Assembly: GCA_951406725.2 (NCBI GenBank)
Contig: OX597815.1
Location: 135,222,001 to 135,286,000, forward strand
DNA length: 64,000 nucleotides
DNA from: Octopus vulgaris
Taxonomy: Eukaryota
Reading direction: 5' to 3'
The position numbers and the translations under genes were made by a program. Under the pieces are notes generated by a model. That model ran no database searches and was not told the origin of the DNA. It worked only from the letters and a program-made list of their open reading frames with translations. Within the stretch, counting starts at the first letter, position 1. Every line of letters starts with the position of its first letter. Below, in pieces: positions 51,478-64,000 of the stretch.

Positions 51478-51635
51478 GGGCTTCTTTCTGTTTTTGTCTA
51501 CTAAATCCATTCACAAGGATTTGGTCAACCCGCGACTACAGTAGAAAACACTTGCCCAAGGTGGCAAGCAGCCAGACTGAACTCAGAACCATATGGTTGG
51601 GAAGCAAGCTTCTTACCACACAGCCATGTCTGCAC
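51478..51635 (-). mobile_element. Family-B SINE head
   Basis: cacttgcccaaggtg..agcaagcttcttaccacacagcca. Confidence 0.8.
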
Positions 51636-51655
51636 CCATATGTGCACCACATATA

Positions 51656-51686
<31 letters not shown>

Positions 51687-51687
51687 G

Positions 51688-51919
51688 TCATCATCATCAT
51701 CGTTTAACATCCGCTTTCCATGCTAGCATGGGTTGGACGGTTCAACTGGGGTCTGGCAAGCCCGAAGGCTGCACCAGGCCAGTCAGATCTGGCAGTGTTT
51801 CTACAGCTGGATGCCCTTCCTAACGCCAACCACTCTGAGAGTGTAGTGGGTGATTTTATGTGCCACCGACACAGGTGCCAGACGAGGCTGGCAGACGGTC
51901 ATGCTCGAATGGTGTTTTT

Positions 51920-51922
<3 letters not shown>
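51688..51922 (-). mobile_element. Young family-A tail
   Basis: Near-identical to 16268-16403 and to the inverse of 13110-13340. Confidence 0.9.
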
Positions 51923-52645
<723 letters not shown>

Positions 52646-53559
52646 AAGATGATAGACAGATATATACATACATAAACTAAAAGGAAAAACTAAGCATTTC
52701 AACTAATCTCTGCAAATTCTGCTGGTATCTCACCTTAGCTAATAATAACAGAAATGGAGAACAAAAATATAAAGTAAAAATAAAAATAGAACAACCTACT
52801 ATGTTGTAACTATTGTTTCTGAATTGGGCAGCAAATACATACCCACTACAATTCAAATCACAATCTACAGGGAATTGTTGAAAATAAAACTAGTTCACTT
52901 GACATAGGAAATATCCTATCTAATAAGCAGACACTTCATTTCAATAAAGTGTGTACATAGGTTGATTGTCCACTCAGTAGCAGTAACAAATGCTTCCAAC
53001 CTTGCATGGCGTATCACAATGTAACAAGGATAGCAAATATACATATATTTAAAGTAGTAACCATACACTACAAATTTGTGTCAATGAACATCAATTTGGC
53101 TACATTCAGTTAAATAAAAAAAAATTAACTAAATAAATAAAATAAAAACATGGATAAAATGCTGGAAAAATAAAAAAAAAGTCGTAGCTATGATCAGAGT
53201 ATTTTATATCTTAATCAGCAACTTTCAGCAACAGAGGAAACACCCTCCAGCAGAGCTGAACAGCTATTTTGAGCTGCTGTTTAACTTAGGTTGACTTTCA
53301 TTGTTTGATCTGAACTTAGTGTTTACAACTCAGTGTATTACTATAAAGCTTTTTCACTTGTCCAATATTACAAATTGTTTCCTGTGATATTTTATTCATG
53401 ATTACAATCTTTTGTGTAGAAATTTTTTTTTTCTTCTTTTGCTATCACTGTGTTACCATAATTTAACTAGCTCTTTATGCTTCAACAGAGGCATAACTTA
53501 CAGATGTGTGCCTCCCCGACTGATTCTTCCTAACTTTCTGAAAAATGCCTATTCTTTTA

Positions 53560-53723
53560 TTCTTTTACTTACTTGTTTCAGTCATTTGACTGTGGCCAAG
53601 CTGGAGACAGCCTTTAGTCGAGCACATCGACTCCAGGACTTATTCTATCGGTCTCTTTTGCCAAACTGCTAAGTTGCGGAGATGTAAACACACCAGCATC
53701 AGTTGTCAAGCAATTTTGCGGGG

Positions 53724-53766
<43 letters not shown>

Positions 53767-53930
53767 CAACGGGCTTCTTTCAGTTTCCGTCTTCCAAATC
53801 CACTCACAAGGCTTTGGTCAGTCCAAGGCTATAGTAGAAGACACTTACCCAAAGTGCTAGGCAGTGGGACCGAACTTGGAACCATTTGGTTAGTAAGCAA
53901 GCTACTTACCACACAGCCACTCCTGCACCT
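53560..53930 (-). mobile_element. Family-B SINE
   Basis: Head and tail as in 20051-20441, small internal deletion. Confidence 0.9.
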
Positions 53931-53933
53931 ATA

Positions 53934-54502
53934 TGCATACTATTTTCATGAAATTTTGTTCAAATGTTTCAGAGAATGTAGATTATGATTATGTTGAAAT
54001 TTGTTTGCGGAGAAGATTTTTTTCTTTTTGTGTGGATGGCGGATGTGAGGAGTCAAATAAATTCACATGCCTCAACTTTGTTTCCTCATGACTTCTAGAG
54101 AAATGGATATCATTTATGAATTTTTCCATAAAATACACTCCTGAGGATGTAAATAACAATTATGTTTGAATTTGATGTGAAAAAATAATTAAGTGAGAAG
54201 ATAATTCCTACACCTATGAGGAATCAAAGTCAAGGTGTGTGAATTATCTGAAACTTACCCTGTCCCCCCAAAAAAAAATTCTTCACATCAAATTCCAACA
54301 AACATAATTAACACCAATCTGAAATGATCTTGTAGAAAATTTTATTAAAAACATGCATTTATCAGGAACAAAGTTGAGGTGAATGAACTCTCTCAAATGG
54401 TTCTCCTCCCCTCCAAAAAAAGTTCTCAAAACAAATTCTGAGAGAATTGTAATTTATCCCAACTGAAAGGCATCTCTGGAAAATTTCATTATAAAATATG
54501 CA
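53934..54502. repeat. Fold-back array of diverged ~145-bp units (two forward, two reverse)
   Basis: aattcacatgcctcaactttgtttcctcat (~54060-89) is inverted at ~54217 and ~54361; atgtttgaatttgatgtgaa (~54162) is inverted at ~54283. Confidence 0.65.
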
Positions 54503-55396
54503 TTTTTCAGAAAGGTCATTAAGAAACAAAATTGGTGGTGGGAACACATCTGTAGTTACGCCTACACATATAGGCAAACACATTATGTAAAAGGTGCCGT
54601 GGTAGCCCTCCATTGTTAAAAAAACTCAAGTGATTTAAATTACAATTGAATATTTGATCACAGTAGTAAAATTATAGAAGCAAAACAATGAAATTATTTA
54701 AACAAAGATAGTTATTTCTAGGCCCCACTCTACCATGTGCTAAGATATAAATATATTGCTATATATTCCTTCTTTTCCTCCAACTACTTCTACAGCAGTT
54801 TCTCATCTACTGAATTAGTAGTAAGCTATGTACTAGTATGACTCAGTCTCACACATACATCAGATCAAAAGCAACATGATTAGTACAGACTATCTGGATA
54901 GTTTGGATAAGATAATGTTTCTATAGGCCAAGAATCGTTTGGAATGGTGAGGATTTTTCAATACGACAATGAACTAAAAGCAAACCGCTGCAATAATCAA
55001 ACAATTCATCAAAAACAAAAAAAGTATTTAAAGTGCTGCCAATTCAAATCTGATAGAAATCTCAAGAAAACAGATTGACAGGAGTTTCAACAAAGAAAAT
55101 GCAGGAAATTGAGAGAAATGTATCACACACACACAGAGTTAATGTGATCATCAAATTTATAGATTCACTGTCACATAGATGTGATTTTTTTTTTCTTAGA
55201 AATTTTGGGCAACTAAGCACCATAACAATAAGCACCATATTATTTTAGTTTTTTTTTTTTTATCTTCAATGCAGACATTCCAATTTGCTTGAAAAAAATT
55301 ATACTTTGAATTTTCTTAAATTAAATGACATTCATATTTGTGGCATTTAGATTAATCACTAATTGCATTAGGCTAGTTTTAAATTTTTGTGTTTAA

Positions 55397-55616
55397 CCCT
55401 TTTGTTACTGTATTTATTTTGAGATGTTCTGTGTTTCTTTCAATTAATTTAAATATAACAAAGAATTTAGTAAAATAACTTTATTGTCATTAAGCTAGTG
55501 TTAGGAACATAAATTGTGACTAAGGTTTGGTGGAAGATTTTAATTCAGAACTTATGAAAACAAGACATTTGTACTCAGAGCCAGAGGCCGTTTCCAGCCG
55601 GTTGGTAACGAAAGGG
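55397..55616 (+). mobile_element. piggyBac-type MITE
   Basis: TTAA|CCCTTTTGTTAC...GTAACGAAAGGG|TTAA; strand arbitrary. Confidence 0.9.
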
Positions 55617-57126
55617 TTAAATTCAAATCGTTTAAAAGAGTGAAATATTAACTTTCTAAGCATATATATAATATCTATTATACGTAATAATTTAAAAGTA
55701 AGACATGACTGATTCAATCTCAAGGAAAAATAAATGCTTAGAGAGATAAGTCTTTATAAATATATGTGGTATAAAGTAAGCATGTGTAGAATGAGAAATT
55801 ACAGAGAAAATGATGGTGAGAACAGAACAAGAGTTGAAGTTAAAGACTATTGTTTTAGATGTTACCTGCTATTCCTACACAAGTGGTCACTGACATCCAA
55901 ATGGGACCAAGCATGGAAATGGCAATTTCAAAGTAATACAGGAGAGAGATCGGCTGTACTTCCTTAATTTACATGTGTATAAAATGAGCCAACAACTCTT
56001 GAGTAAATAGCTTTGCTATACTCACAGTGCAATGTTTATAATTAGCCTCAAAGGAAGTTTGATTCTAATGATGTATATCACCATCACTATCGTTTAATGT
56101 CCATCTACCATGTTGACATGGAGTGGACAGTTTGATCGGAGCTGGCAAGCCAGAGGACTGCATCAAACACTGCTGTATGTTTTGGCATGGTTTTCATGGC
56201 TGGGTACATTCCTAATGTCAACCAGTTTACAGAATGGATTGGGTGCTTTGCATGTGACACCAAAGTTTAGTCAGGGAGGGAAGGGTAGTGTCCATGACCT
56301 TTTGTTTCTTCAGAGTTACAATGACTGATAAGAAGAATGGGGAAGTTTATCTTCAAAATCAGGGATCTAGCTTAACTATTTCTTCCTTTAACAGGGTAAA
56401 CTCTGTTAATGGAGGGAATTCAAGATCTAGGAACTATTGTTAAACAGGTAACAGATTAGTCCGGCGTTAAACAGGGCAACAAATTAGACCAACTATGGAA
56501 GAATTTAGAATGTAAAGAGCTGGAACATTTAACACAAAGCACCTCATCCACAATTCACTATCCTGGTATTTTATCATCTCCAAAAGGTTGTAACACTGAG
56601 TTAACCTTGATGAGATTTGAACACCCAAGTGCAGGGAGCTGGAATAAATACAAGGAATTTTGTCCAACATTCTAGAGGAACTGTGTCAATGTATGTAAAT
56701 ATGTATGTTTGCATCCATGTATGCATGGAACAGATATAGACAAATAGTTAAGAATTTAAGAATTTAGTTTTGCAATCATGAGGTTCCAGATTCAATTCCA
56801 TTGTGCAGCAACTCTGACAAATGTTTCTAGATAGATTTGAGTTAACTCAAACTTTGTAAGTGAATTTGGGTGGACAGAAACTCTATGGAAGGCAATTGGA
56901 TAGCCTGTATGAGTGAAGTGGAAAAGGTAAGCCTTATCATACAGTCACACTGAAACTGCTTGAAGCTTACATTAAGGGTATAGCTTCATGCTGAATGCAC
57001 AGTCAATTACACAATAAATGAATATGTGTAGGATTTTGACAATTGAAAATCTGCAATTCACCTCATCAACACTGAAACAAGATTCATTTCTGTATCATAT
57101 GTGTGTGTGTGTGTGTTTAAAGTGGA

Positions 57127-57130
<4 letters not shown>

Positions 57131-57182
<52 letters not shown>
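57131..57182. repeat. (GA)n microsatellite
   Basis: Direct reading. Confidence 0.95.
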
Positions 57183-57185
<3 letters not shown>

Positions 57186-59225
57186 AGGGAAAGGAAAGGA
57201 GAAGGAGATTAGCAAGTTACAGATCATTTGTTGAAAGTCAAAAATATATTCAGATATTAGTCAACATGGTTGTGTAACTAACTATATTATCCATGAAGTG
57301 ATAAAAGAGAGGAATGAACTTGGGAAGGAATAGATGTATGGAAATAACAGAAAATTACATCATGGAAACTACATGAGAAAGGTAAATGACGACTTTACTG
57401 AAGTCAAATGGGAAATATTTGCCAAACAACTTATGTTAAGAGAATATACATTGGTGGACACTTTCACACAAGAGCATGTGACTATGCCATAAAATAGTTA
57501 GGTTACTCTTAACATAATATTAAGATTGAAAAAAGCTAACTAGAAATTGTTATGTAGTTGGTAAAGTTCATTAACATTAAGATAGGAAAAAGCTAACTGG
57601 AAATAGTTATGTAGTTGGTAAAGTTCAATATTAGTTAATGACTAGTAATTCTTATTATTATCATTTCAACTTTTCTGGTAAGTATATAAGACAACTCTGG
57701 ATATGTTTGCTTTTGACTTATTCTGACCGTATCAATGAAGCAGCTAGCCTTCACTAATAAGTGAAACAAGCAAAAGACTAAAAGCATATGCTGCTATCAA
57801 TTTTCTCAACTTACACCCTTTGTCTAACAAAGAAAAAGTAAAGGAAAATAAGAAAGAAAACAGAAAATGGTTTCTATGTACAAAGTTAATGCAAATAATT
57901 TAATTAATTTCATTGTTCCAAGAGAATAAGATGAAGATATGGAATTTGTTTTGAACAGAAACATCACAAAGTATTACAGAACATAGCAAAATGTGAATGG
58001 GTTAAAATGTGAAGGAAATGACAGTGAAATGCTTACAATCAATGAAGACCAACTGAAAACATTGCTGTGACAGGTTGCTTAATGAAGAGTGCAAATGGCA
58101 TGAATTGCAGAATGGTGAGCAGCTTCAAAAGAAGTTTGGAATTTGAAAGAGACCTGAAGGTGACACATTCATTCATAAAAAAAGAATAGAGAAAATAGAT
58201 TGAAGATAGTAAATAATGTGTGAGTGTGTGCGTGCATTAATGCACATACACAAACATTTAGATATATAGATATGTACGCTTAAACATTTTTAGAGAGATA
58301 CACACACACAACGCATATACATACATGCATACATATATATACATACATACATATATACACACACATATGTTGTTGACCATAGGCAGACACTTCAGATGTC
58401 ATATAAAGGGAAGCAGTGGACTGTTAGTTTATGTCGGCTAAAAACTGATGGGATAGTTTTAACAGTTAGTGGTTAAAATTTAGCCAGTAAGGAAGCTTGC
58501 TTTTGGCAATAGAACAAGAGCTCAGTTTTCACCTCACTGCTATAATGTGGTGTAAGTTCTTGTTGAAACAAAGACAATTGGTATGTCTTTGGCTATGTAG
58601 GAGGATGCTTTGTTGAGAAAGCTCCAGGCTATAACCAACAAAAGTGATTTCTTGTTTCTGAATTCTCCAAATGAAACAAGAAAAGGAAGTAGATTTTTCT
58701 TGTGGGCTAGAGGGTGTTCATCTGCTGGATAGACATTCTTGAACTTTCAAGGCAAAGTTTATTTATCACTAATATTTCTTTGATCTTTTACTGTCTTCAA
58801 GAAATTATGAAAATGTGAAAACAAATCATAACACTCATGAGTGAAACAACTGCAATACTATTAACAACACCAACACCTATACTGCCAAAATACAAGCAGT
58901 GCTAACACTAATACTGCTACTAAGAAAAAAACAAATTTTACTCACTTGACCCTATAGAAATAGATAAATCTCCCTGAAGTCATATCCTATCATCTTAAAA
59001 AGGAAAAGAACACATTGGATAATGTGGTTCTATAGGTTCTTGATGCAGTATGTTTGAATAAAATATAGGAAGGTCTAGCAGGAATATCTTTGATCACAAA
59101 CCTGTTCAATAAGACTACTAGTAGCAGCACTATTATCAAGACTTATAACACTGCTAAAGCATCACCAATGCTACTCTTATCAACAACAACAACAGCATTA
59201 AGAGTACTGCAATAATACCACCAAC

Positions 59226-59441
59226 AAGGCAGCAAGGTGGTAGAATCATTAGCACTCTGGGCGAAAATCTTAGCGGTATTTTGTCTGTCTTTACGTTCTG
59301 AGTTCAAATTCTGTAGACATCAACTTTGCTTTTCATCCTTTCAGGGTCGATAAATTAAATACCAGTTGAGTACTAGGGTCGATTTAATTGACTGGCCCCC
59401 TCCCACAAAATTTCGGGCCTTGTACCTTGAGTAGAAAAGAA
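59226..59441 (+). mobile_element. Family-C SINE
   Basis: AAGGCAGCAAGGTGGTAGAATC..GAGTTCAAATTC..TTTTCATCCTTTCAGGGTCGATAAATTAAATACCAG. Confidence 0.85.
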
Positions 59442-59456
59442 TAATACAACCAACAA

Positions 59457-59910
59457 TCATCATCATCGTTTAACATCTGTTTTCCATACTAGCATGGGTT
59501 GGACAGTTCGACCAGGGTCTGGGAAACCAGGAGGCTGCACCAGGCTCCATTCTAATCAGGCAATGTTTCTACAGCTGGATGCCCTTCCTAACGCCAACCA
59601 CTCCGTGAGTGAAGTGGGTGCTTTTTATGTGCCACTGGCACAGGTGCCAGGCGAGGAGGCTGGCAACGGCCATGATCGGTTGGTGCTTTTTATGTGCCAA
59701 TGTCCATTTTCTATATTGGCATGGGTTGGATGGTTTGATATGGAACTGACCAACCATAGAACTGTCCAGATTCCAATTGTCTGTTGTGGCATGGTTTCTA
59801 CAGCTGGATGCTCTTCCTAATGCCAGCCACTTTACAGAGTGTGCTAGGTGCTTTCCACATGACACAGTATGGGTGCATTTACACAGCACAAGTGCATTTT
59901 ATGTGCTACT
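59457..59910 (-). mobile_element. Two abutting family-A tails (younger 59457-59700, older 59700-59910)
   Basis: Core TTTCTACAGCTGGATG..CTTCCTAA.GCCA occurs twice. Confidence 0.85.
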
Positions 59911-60216
59911 GGAACTGGCAAAGGACAAGCCTGTATGTATGGATGATAGCACCACAAATTTGCACAATAAACATTTGGATTTCTAACTATCACCAAATCA
60001 ACAACACTGCTGGGAAAATTAACATTACTGCTACCACCAGCGATAAAATTTATACAAGCAACAAAGAAATCTCTACATAGTTGCTTTACTTCCAAAATTA
60101 GTAGCCACATATACCTCAAAAGGTTCACAAGCAGAGGACCTGCCCAAGGGCAGATCACTCCAAGACACTAGATGTATATACTAAGACACATAGACACATT
60201 TACATGCACATGCGTG

Positions 60217-60255
<39 letters not shown>

Positions 60256-60293
60256 CAGAGATACTTGAGGTTATTCCAAAGTGTACTTATTAA

Positions 60294-60495
60294 CCCTTTT
60301 GATACCAGCCTGCCTGAAACCGCCTCTGGCTCTGAAGGACAAATGTCTTGTGTTCATAAGTTTTGAATTAAAATCTTCCACCAAACCTTAGTCACAATTT
60401 ATGTTCCTAACACCAGCTTAATGATAAAATGAGTTATTTTACTAAATTCTTTGTTACATCTAAAATTAATTGAAATAAATATGGTAACAAAAGGG
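60294..60495 (-). mobile_element. piggyBac-type MITE, second copy, inverted relative to 55397
   Basis: TTAA|CCCTTTTGATACC...GGTAACAAAAGGG|TTAA; interior is the reverse complement of 55397-55616. Confidence 0.9.
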
Positions 60496-61066
60496 TTAAA
60501 GGCAAAGCTACTTCAGGCCTTTGTGCAGTAAGAGTATTAACACAATCTGACATTGGAAAATGTAGTTTCAGATACCACTAAAAAAAAAAGGTAGTCACTG
60601 CTGGAATCACTTTAATCATACATCCACTTGATTTCTGGTTTGACCCAGTGCTAACAACATTCATTCAATACTATCAGTGCCGACATCACCACTACCAACT
60701 TCAACTATCCTAAACAACAATACAACCAACTTTATCACTATCATCACAGACAGTGTCAACAAACAATAACAACACAATTATCATCATTCTTTTAATCATA
60801 GTCTCTCTTTTTCTCTCACACTCGCTCCCCTATCCCCGCCTCTCTCTCTCTCTGCTACCAATCCCCAATCTATACAAACTAAAAACACTGGCACACACAC
60901 ACACACACATACGCATATAGTTTATTTTGTTAATTAGGACATGGAAATAGTAGAGGAAGGCAAGCGGAGGAGGGGGATAAATAATAAAAAAAAAAAGAAA
61001 ATCAAAGCTGTGTGATTACACCCACACAAATATAAAAATATTTATATACACGTATTCTAATATACA

Positions 61067-61108
<42 letters not shown>

Positions 61109-61595
61109 CACAGCGCATACATCAGTTACTTATATAATTCCAAAAATACTCTTATTACAAAGCAGAGCAACACCCAACTCTTGCGTAGCAGCAGTAGGAT
61201 GGAGATACCAGGCATTTATGGTATTCCTGTAAATTTCAGGACAGCTAATTTTATCCAAGGGTTAAATTATTTATACATACAGAAAACACACACACACACA
61301 CACATTCACATACACGCCTGTGTATATATATATATATACATATATTTATGTAGGTCAACATAAGAGTGGGCCACGTTTTCTTGTCCCAATATTCATATAT
61401 TCATTTCAAGTGGTTTATAATCAGTGATGGAAAATATGTGTACACACGCACATATTATTCAAAACATACGCTTCAGTATATACTGTTATACATTAGTAGC
61501 AAGTGCTCAATGCAAAAGCAGAGCGCAATTAGTATAATTTAGTAACCAAAAAAATATACTTAGAAAAGTAGATATGTAGAATAAAAAAATTTCAA

Positions 61596-61732
61596 ATCCC
61601 TATTGATTTTGGATATATGTTTTAAGTATATTTCTATGTTACTAGATTATACTAATATATATATTTATATATAGTATAATCCAGTAACATAAAATATACT
61701 TACAAAAATATATATCCAAAATCAATACGGAT
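61596..61732. mobile_element. AT-rich palindromic MITE-like element
   Basis: atccctattgattttggatatat..gttactagattatacta / tagtataatccagtaac..atatatccaaaatcaatacggat. Confidence 0.75.
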
Positions 61733-62864
61733 ATTATTTTTCATATATGTGTGAGTGTGTGTATGTGTACATACATAAACATATGTTCTTTATGTCATTA
61801 GACTATACCAATTACAATCTGCTTCTGTATTGAGCATTTACTCCTAACATATGAAAGTATATGTTGAAGTGTATATTTCAAAGCTGATTGTGTATGTCTG
61901 ATTACATTTTACATATCTTTGTAGATGCACATATAACCAGGTGTGTGCATGTATTCATTTAAAGAATCTCGAATGGAAGTATCTTTGGCATGTCTTGCAA
62001 ATTTTTACTGTGCTGCTAATAGATTGGAAATGGAGGTTGCATGCTAGTAGTTTTGTTTACTCTTTCTTAGAAAATACAAGCGTTTCAAGGTTTTTGTGCA
62101 AATCTGTAATTACCCAGTCTATCACATCTATCATGATAGATGAATGAAAATCATCTATCATAAATGAAAATCTATAGCCAAAGTACAGAAGCAAAAGGAA
62201 AGAGAAAGAATTCCCCCAAATTAAAAACTGAAGTAGATTGCTAATGACCTCATCATTAAATGGAAACTGAAATTCTATAGAGCAAAAACTGTTTTATTAT
62301 TATTACTAATAAAATAGGAGTACAATATGACTTTATATTAAAATATAAGCGAATACAAATATGATATTATATTAAAATATAAGTGAATACTACATTTTTT
62401 ACTACTTTGACTAGCACCATACAATTGTATGTAGGTAAATATACATAACACAGCCTATTAAAACTGGCCAACATTTGACTTTAAGTTTCAATGACAAGGT
62501 CCTACAAAAATGTACATAGAAAAATTTTAATAAATATATATATCAAATACTAGTTGTTATCACAAAATTATAATAAAGTTCAAGTAACTACTGCAATGTA
62601 TGTGTTGGTAACAGTAACAATATCTATACCAAAACAAAAACAGATTGATGTCTCTGTTGCTTTGCAGTGATGAACTCGGGGGAAATCAACATGAAACTAT
62701 TCCAGTATATTACAATCTTATATCAATAATGAATATACCTTAACAACTTAAACAGGGCTCAAGACTTATTTATTTTATTAAATCCAAGAAAATAAATGCT
62801 GAGTGAATGCCAGAGAAACAAGACTAAAGACTGTAAAGTACTTAATATGTTGTGATTGAGGAGA

Positions 62865-63398
62865 TCTGGCAAGTAAAGTAAGATTATAGCTGTAGCCTAT
62901 ACCAGTGTCACATAACCAGCCCATTTAAAAGTACCCCCTTGAATCATCGGGCAATATGCTGCACTTAAGAAGACCTATTGAGTCAAGTAAAATCAAAATC
63001 AAATTGAGATCGAAATTGAAATCAAAATGGAAATTGTTGCTGTGGCCAATGCCAGTGCTGCCTGACTGGCACCTGTGCTGGTGGCATGTAAGAAGCACCA
63101 TCTATGCATGGGTCGATGCCAGTGCCACCTGATTAGCTTCTTGTGCTGGTGGCACATAAAAAGCAACATCTGAACATGGTCAATGCCAGTGCCGCTTGTC
63201 TGGTTCACATGCTGGTGGCATTTAAAAAGCATCCACTAACTCTCAGAGTGGCTGGCATTAGGAAGGGCATCCAGCTGTAGAAACCTTGCCAGGTCAGATT
63301 GGAGCCTGGTGCAGCCTACCGGCTTGCCAGTCCTCAGTCAAACCGTTCAACCCATGCCAGTATGGAAAACAGACATTAAACGATAATGATGATAATGA
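62865..63398 (+). mobile_element. RTE LINE complete 3' UTR, 3 modules
   Basis: Starts near the ORF stop (ctggcaagt..), collinear with 43160-43695; (AAATC)-like tract at ~62990-63030. Confidence 0.9.
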
Positions 63399-64000
63399 CA
63401 TCCACTATTCTAGTCAACTCACTGTCAAATATATAACTGCACCAAAGAAATACATTTAACTACATCAAAACAAAAAACAAAGCCCAAAAGCTACCTTATT
63501 GTTTCTGCAGCCACATCATTCAACCATATCCAATTAGAAGGCCATTTACCTTGATTGGCAAAGTTTCCATGGTGACAACCCACAATGCTTACTCATTGTT
63601 AAGCCATAACTTTCCATAGTAGCTGCAGCTGCCACTGCCTATCTAAGTACTACAAAATCCTTTCTTCATCTAAAGTTACAGTGTATACCAACTTTATCCA
63701 GTTACCCAACACCCATTTCTTTTCTTCATTCTCTTCCCTTTTGTACACTTATTATCTGTCTCCTGCCTTACTCTATGCTCATAACATCATCTCTCGGAAA
63801 TTCACTATATATCGTTCAAAGATATTTGGTCTATGAACAGAGAGCAGCACCAACCAGTCAGAGGATATGGACCATTGACTTTTCTGGATTGATCTTTCAG
63901 ACTCAGTGACACAGCCATATACATACAACAATATCAAAAACTTATTGTAGCACAACTTTTTTACATTCTTACATAATTATTAAATGGGTAAGAAGAAATG

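Noticed and set aside
57519-57627. ~56-bp tandem duplication (also 17838-17898, 4807-4843, 62332-62389)
   Set aside because: Ordinary local slippage duplications
57915-58105. Possible old RTE internal remnant (also IFVDLK-like at ~49645-49705)
   Set aside because: Too degraded to delimit or support as a feature without a profile search

Overview
AT-rich eukaryotic DNA, intronic or intergenic, with no recognisable intact host gene. The repeat families resemble those of Octopus (coleoid cephalopod); this is inferred from family resemblance, not from a search. Contents: (i) two large decayed RTE-clade LINE pieces plus about 20 copies of their 3' UTR/tail ('family A'), which carries a tandem array of structured ~60-nt or ~26-nt modules; (ii) CR1-clade LINE remnants; (iii) at least four tRNA-derived SINE families with shuffled heads and tails; (iv) a decayed ~1.24-kb mariner, two TTAA-flanked piggyBac-type MITEs, non-autonomous Helitrons and several palindromic elements; (v) two hammerhead-ribozyme motifs in short elements embedded in microsatellites; (vi) many (TA)n/(CA)n/(GA)n tracts. 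Nearly all supplied ORFs are repeat or microsatellite artefacts. A few possible minus-strand small exons are listed at low confidence. The best candidates for new biology are the fully paired hammerhead at 13403-13463, the pseudoknot-like module array in the RTE 3' UTR, and the dense inverted repeats. All alignments and folds were done by eye; repeat boundaries are approximate.
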